From: Bradymonadia bacterium
GTDB taxonomy: Bacteria > Myxococcota_A > Bradymonadia > UBA7976 > UBA1532
Length of the DNA stretch: 64,000 nucleotides
NCBI GenBank assembly: GCA_046290225.1
Contig: JBKAGE010000075.1
Coordinates: forward strand, 64,001 to 128,000
Direction: 5' to 3'
The notes under the pieces are model-generated. The model made no database searches and had not been told where the DNA came from. It saw nothing but the letters and a program-made list of their open reading frames with translations. How positions within the stretch are numbered: position 1 is the stretch's first letter; every line of letters starts with the position of its first letter. The translations under genes were made by a program, and so were the position numbers. Of the stretch, positions 57,120 to 64,000 are shown in pieces.

Positions 57120-58396
57120 GCTGTCTCCTGAGCCCGCTCCACGGCGAGCCACGCGGTCTGACCGCCGAGGCCCGCAGCATGGACCAGCAGGCGGGTGGGC
57201 TGAGCTGCCCGAGGGGTGCCAGAGACGAAGTCCAGTCCGCCGTGGATCGGATCTTCGAGGTGAGCGATGGCGGGCAGCTGCCCGCGGGCGCTGCAGGCGA
57301 GCAGCCCCAGCAAGCTGAGCGGGCCTGCTGCTGCCACTGTGTGGCCCTGCAAGCTCTTGTCGCCGATGATGGGGGGGCTGTGATCGCCGAAGAGGGTCGC
57401 CAGAGCCTCGGCCTCGAGGGCGTCGAAGCGGGGGTTTCCGTTGCCGTGGGTGGCGACGGCGTCGACGTCAGAGGGCGACCAGCCAGCCACTTCGAGGGCC
57501 CGTTGCGCTGCCCGCAGCACAACGGCGCCGTCAGGGCTCATGAGTCGGGCCGCGGCCTGCCCCTGACCGAAGCCACGGACATAGGCCAGGATCTGCGCCC
57601 CACGTGCCCGGGCATGATCTGCCCGCTCGAGGGCGACGAAGCCAGCGCCCTCACCAGGGCAGAAGCCCTGAGCGCGGCGATCGAAGGGCCGCATGTGGTG
57701 CGCCTCGTCGGCTTCGAGGAGCAGGCCCAGGCGACCGAAGCCCGTGAGGCGGGCAGGGGTCACGGCATTGTCGGCCCCCCCGGCGATGATGAGATCAGCC
57801 CGCCCCTCGTCGAGGGCCCAGGCGGCCTCACCGATGGCCAACAGGCCGCCGGCGCCGGAGTGGCAGTAGTTCTGGTTGATGCCCTGAGCGTCGAGGGCCG
57901 CGGAGGCAAAGCCCAGAACGTTGTTGCTCAGCCCCTTGAGCAGCCAGAGGGGGTTGATGAGCGGCACGCCCTCGTGGCCGAAGCGCACGGTGTCGAAGCC
58001 CTCGCCGTCGTTCACCACACCCTTCTCGAGGGCCGGCAACAGGTCGCGGGTGTCACCAAAGGCGGTCCCGGCACCGACGAAGATGCCGAGCCGATCTGGT
58101 GCGACCTGCTCCCCGGCAGTCACCGCGGCGTCGAGGGCGGCTCGGCGTACGGCGGCGAGGCCGTACCGGACCGCGTCGGACATCAGCTTCAGGTTCTTGC
58201 GGTTGCTCACCCAGTCCCGGGCCCGAAAGTCGGTCACGCGGGCGCCGATGCCGCAGGGGAAGGGGGTGGTGTCGAAGTGCTCGATGGGCTTCAGGGCCGT
58301 GGCACCCTCGAGCAGGCCCGCGGCGAGGGCCTCGAGATCATGGCCCAGAGGGGCCACCACCCCAGCGCCGGTGAGGGCGATTTCGGCGTGCTTCAT
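57116..58396 (-). CDS. Ketosynthase-fold protein lacking the catalytic Cys (CLF-like)
   Basis: KS fold (NPLWLLKGLSN, RPFD, PGEGAG, THGNGN, QGHTVAAAG); active-site loop reads HSGAGG rather than TACxSG. Confidence 0.75.
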   Translation of the reverse strand: MKHAEIALTGAGVVAPLGHDLEALAAGLLEGATALKPIEHFDTTPFPCGIGARVTDFRARDWVSNRKNLKLMSDAVRYGLAAVRRAALDAAVTAGEQVAPDRLGIFVGAGTAFGDTRDLLPALEKGVVNDGEGFDTVRFGHEGVPLINPLWLLKGLSNNVLGFASAALDAQGINQNYCHSGAGGLLAIGEAAWALDEGRADLIIAGGADNAVTPARLTGFGRLGLLLEADEAHHMRPFDRRAQGFCPGEGAGFVALERADHARARGAQILAYVRGFGQGQAAARLMSPDGAVVLRAAQRALEVAGWSPSDVDAVATHGNGNPRFDALEAEALATLFGDHSPPIIGDKSLQGHTVAAAGPLSLLGLLACSARGQLPAIAHLEDPIHGGLDFVSGTPRAAQPTRLLVHAAGLGGQTAWLAVERAQETA

Positions 58397-59349
58397 GTCG
58401 AGGGGCTCCCAAGCAGGTTCAAGATGCCGTCGAGATCGGCGGTGGTGTCGAGCGAGGCCACAGGGGTCCGGCGCTTGATGCGCTTGACGTGGCTCAGATT
58501 GGATCGGCCCGGCCCCAGGTGCCAGAAGCGCTCGATGCCGTGATCGAACAGCTGCTGCAGGCTCTCTCGCCAGCGGACCGGGGCGGTGATTTGAGCCACA
58601 AGGCGTGCCTTGAGGGCCTCTGGGGTGATCTCCGTCGTCCAGGTGGCGCTCACGTTGTCGACGTAGGGCACCTGGAGCGGTCGCAGCGTGATGGCGTCGA
58701 GTGCTTCGCCGAGGCCCGCTGCCGCCGGGGCCAGGTAGGGGCTGTGGAAGGGGGCAGAGACGGGCAAGGGGGTCACCCGAGCGCTCAAGCGCTCCAGGCG
58801 ATCATTCGCCTCGGCCACAGCTTCGGCAGCGCCGCTGATCACCACGAGGCCTGGCGCGTTGTCGGCGGCGATGCCGACGATGCCGCTCACCGACTCGACC
58901 ACCGGGGTGATCTCCACAGGGCCCAGGCCACCGATGGCTGACATGGCCCCGACGCCGGGATCCACCGCGCGCTGCATCAGCTCGCCGCGGCGGCGGCACA
59001 GCCGAATGGCGTCGGAGAAGTCGAGGGCCCCTGAGGCAACGAGGGCGCCGAACTCCCCGAGGGAGTGCCCGGCGACGGCAGAGGGCACAAAGCCACGGGC
59101 CCGAAGCACGGCCCACCCGGCCACGGCCACTGTGAGCACCGCCGGCTGCGTGTTCGCCGTGAGGGTCAGTTGATCTTCGGGGCCTTCGAAGATCAGACGA
59201 GAGAGGGGCTCACCGAGTGCTGCATCAGCCTGCTCGAAGACGTCGCGGGCCTCGGGGAAGCGATCGCGGAGGATGCGCCCCATGCCCACGTATTGGGTGC
59301 CCTGGCCGGCGAAGAGCAGAGCCGTCGGGGGAGATGTCGGGGCGATCAA
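58393..59349 (-). CDS. fabD: Malonyl-CoA:ACP transacylase
   Basis: FAGQGTQ, TQPA, GHSLGE, VSAPFHS. Confidence 0.93.
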   Translation of the reverse strand: MIAPTSPPTALLFAGQGTQYVGMGRILRDRFPEARDVFEQADAALGEPLSRLIFEGPEDQLTLTANTQPAVLTVAVAGWAVLRARGFVPSAVAGHSLGEFGALVASGALDFSDAIRLCRRRGELMQRAVDPGVGAMSAIGGLGPVEITPVVESVSGIVGIAADNAPGLVVISGAAEAVAEANDRLERLSARVTPLPVSAPFHSPYLAPAAAGLGEALDAITLRPLQVPYVDNVSATWTTEITPEALKARLVAQITAPVRWRESLQQLFDHGIERFWHLGPGRSNLSHVKRIKRRTPVASLDTTADLDGILNLLGSPST

Positions 59350-61580
59350 TTCAGGCTCCCATGGCCGTCGACGGCTTCGGGATGGGCCAGGGCGAGGCAG
59401 GCGTTCTGCCCCCCGAACCCAAAGGAGTTGCTTAAGAGCGCCGCTGGCGCCCCTGGGCGACCCACTGGGCCCACCAGGTCGAGATCTATGGCTGGGTCGA
59501 CGTGCTCGGTGTGCGGGTTCGGTGGCAGCGCGTCACCGGCGAAGGCCGCTAGGCAGGCGGTGAGCTCCACGGCCCCTGCGGCTGCGATGGCGTGACCCAC
59601 CTGTGCCTTGCTGCTGCTCACTGGGGGGGGCGCGTCGCCAAAGACCGAGCGGATGGCGAGGCTCTCGGCGACGTCGTTGAGCGCAGTGCCCGTGCCGTGG
59701 GCGTTCACGTACTCCACACGGTCGGGCGCCCAGCGGGCATGGCTCAGAGCGGCTTGCATGGCCTGTGATGCCCCTGCACCCTCCGGGTGTGGGGCGGTGA
59801 CGTTGTAGGCGTCGAGGCTCGCGCCCCAACCGGACAGCACACCGTAGATCCGGCGCCCTGCTGCCCGCGCTGCTGCATAGGGCTCGAGCGCGAAGAAAGC
59901 CGCGCCCTCGCCCATGACGAAGCCGCTGCGGTCCACGTCGAAGGGTCGGCCGGCGCGAGCGGGATCAGGCTCTTCGGTGGTGGCGCCCAGTCGGATGAAG
60001 GGCAACAGCCCGAAGGGGTGCACCATGCTGTCGGCCCCCCCGGCGAGGACCATGGGGGCGGCCCCACGTCGGATGAGATCTGCACCATGACCCACCGCCG
60101 CCGAGCCGGCAGCGCAGGCGCTGAAGTGACACCCCCAAGGGCCAGTGAGCCCGAGATGAGTGCGGAGCAGACGCGCCGGTCGATCGACGCGGTGTCGCCA
60201 GGGCGACTGGGGTCGCTCGGAGAACCTGTGAGCCCCGAGGCCCTTCAGATCGAGCACACCATCGCGCAGCCAGGGGGCGTAGTCCTGATTCAGCTCTGTG
60301 GCGGTGGCGCTGGACAACCCCGTGGCATACACGAGGCCCGCATCGACTGGCAGACCACCCACGGAGGCCACAGCGTCGAGGGCCGCGGTGAGGGCCAGCT
60401 CGCCCTTTCGATCTTCGAGGCCGGCCATGGCCGCCTCGAGGGGGTCGGGCAAGGTGAGGGGGCCATCGACCTCACAGGCGACCTTCACTGGGAAACGCCG
60501 AGCGTCGAAGCGCGTGATGGTGCGACTGCCACAGCGCCCTGCGAGCAACGCCTCAGTGAAGGCGCCGAAGGTGTGCCCCAGGGGGGTTCTCAGGCCGATG
60601 CCCGTGATGGCCACCGCCTGTCCGTCGATGCCCCGTCGAGTATGGGCCGCAGGGGCGCGCGGTGTCTCTGATGAAGGCCTGGCGGTCAACGTCAGCGTGC
60701 CGTGCTGAGCACGGCCCTTGAGCGCGAAGGTGCTCACGAGGTTCATCGCCGAGGTGGCTGCGCCACAGTCACCCCAAGGTCCCGCAGTTGTCGATCCGTC
60801 GTCAGCGTGTCGGCGGATCACCCCCTTGATCTGCGCACCACGGGCCCGCGCAGCATCGATGGGCTCGAGGACCAGGATCGCAGCCCCTTCGCCGAGGCGG
60901 GTGGGCTCTTCGGCGCCGGCTTGCAGAGCACGGGCTGCGCTGATGCGATCGGTGAGATCCACCCGGCTGTCGGCTGCGCCGGCGAAGGCCATCTGCACGC
61001 GGCCTTCTTCGAGGGCCACCAGGGCCTCCTCGAGGGCCGTGACCCCCGACTCTGCTTCAGCGCAGAGGGCGTGGTTGTGTCCGGTGATGCCGAGGGTGAT
61101 GGCCACGTGGGCCGGACTCATGTTGGGCAGCGTCTTGAGTGATGACAGAGGGTTCATCCACCCCATGCCCTCGTCGATGAGCCGATCGAGATCGACCTGA
61201 CCTGTATCACCAAGGCTGTGGCTCAGCATGGGGAGGAGATCATCAAGGTTGCCAGGCTCACGGCCCACACCGATGAACAGGCCCGCAGCCCTCAGTGTGT
61301 CACCCTCTTCGAGGCCCGCGTCACGGGCAGCGAGGGCTGAAGCCACCACGGCGATGCGGTTGGCCCGGGCCATGAGCTTGAGATCTTTGCGCCGGCGCAG
61401 AAAGGGCTTGGGGTTGAACCCTTCGGGGAGAGGGCACACCTCTATCCCCGGGGCCGCCGCACCCTCGTCTTCCGTGGGTGTGCGGCGAGGGTCATGACCA
61501 GCCTTGAGGCCTTCGAGGGTGGCCTCGAGGCTCAAGCCCAGTGGGGTGAGCAGGCCCACACCTGTGATGGCGATCTCCAT
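59346..61580 (-). CDS. Tandem KS fusion: N-terminal truncated inactive KS/CLF-like domain + C-terminal intact KS
   Basis: Two IAITG/VAITG starts; N-domain loop CAEAESG without the His motifs; C-domain SACAAGS, NAHGTGT, VGHAIAAAG; start MEIAIT at 61580. Confidence 0.8.
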   Translation of the reverse strand: MEIAITGVGLLTPLGLSLEATLEGLKAGHDPRRTPTEDEGAAAPGIEVCPLPEGFNPKPFLRRRKDLKLMARANRIAVVASALAARDAGLEEGDTLRAAGLFIGVGREPGNLDDLLPMLSHSLGDTGQVDLDRLIDEGMGWMNPLSSLKTLPNMSPAHVAITLGITGHNHALCAEAESGVTALEEALVALEEGRVQMAFAGAADSRVDLTDRISAARALQAGAEEPTRLGEGAAILVLEPIDAARARGAQIKGVIRRHADDGSTTAGPWGDCGAATSAMNLVSTFALKGRAQHGTLTLTARPSSETPRAPAAHTRRGIDGQAVAITGIGLRTPLGHTFGAFTEALLAGRCGSRTITRFDARRFPVKVACEVDGPLTLPDPLEAAMAGLEDRKGELALTAALDAVASVGGLPVDAGLVYATGLSSATATELNQDYAPWLRDGVLDLKGLGAHRFSERPQSPWRHRVDRPARLLRTHLGLTGPWGCHFSACAAGSAAVGHGADLIRRGAAPMVLAGGADSMVHPFGLLPFIRLGATTEEPDPARAGRPFDVDRSGFVMGEGAAFFALEPYAAARAAGRRIYGVLSGWGASLDAYNVTAPHPEGAGASQAMQAALSHARWAPDRVEYVNAHGTGTALNDVAESLAIRSVFGDAPPPVSSSKAQVGHAIAAAGAVELTACLAAFAGDALPPNPHTEHVDPAIDLDLVGPVGRPGAPAALLSNSFGFGGQNACLALAHPEAVDGHGSLN

Positions 61581-61584
61581 GGGA

Positions 61585-62853
61585 TCAGCCCTCGTAGCGC
61601 GCCACTGCGAGGGTGCCGTTGCTGCCCCCGAAGCCAAAGGCGTTGGTCAGCGCCACTTTGACGTCGCAGGTGCGTGGGGTCTTGGGCACATAGTCGAGAT
61701 CACAGGCTGGATCCGGGTGCTCGTAGTTGAGCGTGGGTGGCAGGATCCCGTGGGCGATGGCCTTCACGCACACGATCAGCTCCACCGCACCACAGGCTGC
61801 GACGAGGTGCCCCATCATCGACTTCGTCGACGACACGGGGGTGGTGTCAGCTGCGGCACCGAGTGCGCCGCGGATGCCTGCGGTCTCCGAGGCGTCGTTC
61901 TGTTGAGTGCTCGTCCCGTGGGCGTTGATGTAGTCCACCTCGTCAGGGTTGAGCCGGGCGTCGGTGAGGGCCTGCATCATCGACTGCCGCGCCCCGCGGC
62001 CGTCCGGGGGGCTGTCGGTGATCCGCCACGCATTGGCTGAGCAGCCGTAACCGAGCAGCTCTGCATGAATGCGGGCACCTCGGGCCCTGGCATGGGACAG
62101 GCGCTCTAAGATCACGAAGCCGGCGCCCTCGCCCAGGACGAAGCCGTCTCGGGTGCGATCGAAGGGGCGGCAGGCCTCGGTGGGCGCCTCGTTCCGGGTG
62201 GACAATGCCCCCAACAGGCCAAAGCCCACCACCATGAACTCTTCAACGAGGCGATCGGTGCCCCCGGTGATCATGACGTCGACTTCACCGCGGCGGAGCA
62301 GCCGCATGGCGTCGCCGATGGCCTGAGCGCTCGAGGTGCACGCGGTGCTGGTGGTGAGCGTGGGCCCTTCTGCACCTACGCGCTCGGCGAGGTGGCTCGC
62401 CGGGAACCAGGGGGCCATGACCACGAAGTCCCGGGGCTCGACGGAGCGATAGACTTCGCTGGGGCTGCTGGTCTTGAGCGTGCGCACGCGGCCGGCGAGG
62501 GTGTGCAGGTCAGGTCGGCTGATCTCGGCGCCCACGCTGATGCCCATACGATGGGGGGCAATCTGACCGCGCTCGAGGCCCGCGTCGGCGAGGGCTTCGT
62601 CCACAGCGGCGCTGGCAAAGGCGGCCTTGTCGTCGGACCACTTCACGTGGTGCCCGCTCAGCGGTGACGTGAACCCCTTGATCTCGGCGGCGAAGGTGGT
62701 GCCGAAGCCGCTGGGATCGAACCGGGTGATGGGGGCCATGGCCGACTGCCCGCCCAGGATCGCATCCCAGGTCTGGGTCACGGTGTGACCGAGGGGGGTG
62801 ACACACCCGATGCCGGTGATGACCACCCGATCCTCTTCTGGGTGTCGACTCAT
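61585..62853 (-). CDS. fabF: Beta-ketoacyl-ACP synthase (FabF-like)
   Basis: TACTSS, NAHGTST, KSMMGHL, NAFGFGG: complete Cys-His-His triad. Confidence 0.85.
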   Translation of the reverse strand: MSRHPEEDRVVITGIGCVTPLGHTVTQTWDAILGGQSAMAPITRFDPSGFGTTFAAEIKGFTSPLSGHHVKWSDDKAAFASAAVDEALADAGLERGQIAPHRMGISVGAEISRPDLHTLAGRVRTLKTSSPSEVYRSVEPRDFVVMAPWFPASHLAERVGAEGPTLTTSTACTSSAQAIGDAMRLLRRGEVDVMITGGTDRLVEEFMVVGFGLLGALSTRNEAPTEACRPFDRTRDGFVLGEGAGFVILERLSHARARGARIHAELLGYGCSANAWRITDSPPDGRGARQSMMQALTDARLNPDEVDYINAHGTSTQQNDASETAGIRGALGAAADTTPVSSTKSMMGHLVAACGAVELIVCVKAIAHGILPPTLNYEHPDPACDLDYVPKTPRTCDVKVALTNAFGFGGSNGTLAVARYEG

Positions 62854-62974
62854 GAAGGTGTGGCCTCCGTAGCAATGACCGTGAGCCGCACTGTGTCCTG
62901 TACGGCACGGGCACTATAGGGGAAACGGTCCTGTACTGGGAAGCCCGCGATTCGCGGCGTGAAAATGTATAAGC

Positions 62975-63129
62975 GATCCTCACAAAACAGCTCCCGTCGT
63001 CAGTGCCGCGATGTACTTCGCGAGACGCGAGAAACCGTCCTCGACGATGCTTTGGCATCGCCTGCGGGTGTTTCTCACGTCTCACTCGTGCCTCGCGGCC
63101 CTGTCTCGGTCCGCTGTTGGGTGAGAATC
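62975..63129. repeat. Long imperfect hairpin repeat, copy 2
   Basis: Core 63035-63070 differs from 23638-23673 at 2 nt; arms are complementary to each other but unrelated to the copy 1 arms. Confidence 0.75.
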
Positions 63130-63161
63130 TCCAAGTGCCCAGATCGGTGAGACAGTTCTCG

Positions 63162-63190
63162 TTGACCCTGGGGTGGGCTTCGTTTAGGCT
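63162..63190 (+). promoter_or_regulatory. Sigma70 promoter of the small basic protein gene
   Basis: TTGACC-N17-TAGGCT. Confidence 0.65.
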
Positions 63191-63227
63191 GCCGGCCGCT
63201 CAAGGCTCTATCAAAAAGGACTCTGTC

Positions 63228-63353
63228 ATGAAGACTCGTAAGCAGCGCAACAACACCGCCCGTTACAAGGCCGCCCGCAAGGCCAAGCTCCGCAAGGCCC
63301 GCAAGCGCGCCGCTGGCCTGCTCAAGAAGAAGGCCAACCGCCGCCTCGCTTGA
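63228..63353 (+). CDS. 41-aa Lys/Arg-rich protein
   Basis: Promoter, AAGGA RBS and ATG; MKTRKQRNNTARYKAARKAKLRKARKRAAGLLKKKANRRLA; codon choice resembles rplC (AAG, CGC/CGT, GCC). Confidence 0.75.
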   Translation: MKTRKQRNNTARYKAARKAKLRKARKRAAGLLKKKANRRLA

Positions 63354-63356
63354 GCC

Positions 63357-63398
63357 CTGCCTGGGCTGCACTGCCCGGACTGCACTGCCTGGGCTGTC
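63357..63398. repeat. 3 x 14-bp tandem repeat
   Basis: ctgcctgggctgca / ctgcccggactgca / ctgcctgggctgtc. Confidence 0.65.
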
Positions 63399-63553
63399 CT
63401 CTCTGAGAGCCCGCCCACACCACGCCTCTCCAGGTGTATCGGCTTTTGCCGAGCACACCGCGTACATCTACAACGCTGATGCAGACAACTGGATATGGGT
63501 GAAGTGCGCCTGAGCGCAGGAGTGCGCTCGGCGTGGGGAGAGCAGGCGCCTGC

Positions 63554-64000
63554 TCAGGGCAGGGTGACCTCGCTCCAGCTGTTGAGGGGGAGACTGGTGA
63601 GCGGGTCGACGGGCTGCGGGTTGTCTACGGGGCTGAGCAGATCACACTCGCCGTCGGGGTTGGCGTCGAGATCGGTCTCCACCACGTAGAGCGAGTAGTC
63701 CACACGCTGCTCTTCGTCGGGCACCCGGCCTACGTTGAAGGCGTTGATGAGCACCGACTCGTTCAACTGGCCGCCTCGGATGTTGAGACAGGTCATGTTG
63801 GTCGAGCGGGAGGCGAAGACCGTCTGGGGCAGCACGTCATCGTCGGGGTTGCGGGCCACTGCGGTGATCCGGACCTCGCCGTCGGTGGCTTCGAGGTAGG
63901 TCACCGCCACAGTGCGGTGGGCGCCCGGCGGCACCTCAAGCTCGAACCAGTCACCGACGTTGGGGCCGCGCTCGCCGAAGGTCTCGTTGGTGTTGCCGCC
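63554..64000 (-). CDS. 3' end of a hypothetical beta-rich protein (starts beyond the window)
   Basis: The frame stays open from the window edge to the stop at 63554; GC3-rich codons. Confidence 0.6.
   Translation of the reverse strand, partial: GGNTNETFGERGPNVGDWFELEVPPGAHRTVAVTYLEATDGEVRITAVARNPDDDVLPQTVFASRSTNMTCLNIRGGQLNESVLINAFNVGRVPDEEQRVDYSLYVVETDLDANPDGECDLLSPVDNPQPVDPLTSLPLNSWSEVTLP

Overview
This is a GC-rich chromosomal window that looks Myxococcota-like. That assignment is an inference from a MYXO-CTERM-like motif, Cys-rich and acidic-linker lipoproteins, and the SHGVHEYFRHGGSIG form of L3. The first 25 kb holds housekeeping and envelope genes: FAD oxidoreductase, degenerate STAND-TPR protein, split acyl-CoA carboxylase, Cys-rich lipoprotein, ferredoxin, gltX, glgA with a GalT-like gene, LPP20 lipoproteins, a TerB-SPFH-zinc ribbon fusion, an amidase, an orphan rplC and dapF. 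From 24.9 to 55.3 kb is an intact-looking hook/basal-body flagellar cluster: a receiver-less sigma54 activator, a TPR protein, flgBC-fliEFGHI-motE-like-fliK-flgDE, then fliLMNOPQR-flhBAFG-fliA, and a displaced, inverted fliJ. No motAB, distal rod, ring or filament genes are in the window. After 55.4 kb come rpoZ, a type II FAS/PKS-like operon with four KS-fold domains (two lacking the catalytic Cys, no ACP seen) and a 41-aa basic protein. The most unusual signals are non-coding. Two ~0.5-kb palindromic GTAG-containing elements have asymmetric arms in the same orientation but a 135-bp core flipped between the copies. A candidate sRNA after flgE has three hairpins that all display CGACCCA. Two further families of intergenic hairpin repeats are present. 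An unannotated 53-aa lipoprotein resembles the C-terminal helix of its LPP20 neighbour. All calls come from reading the sequence by eye; no searches were run.
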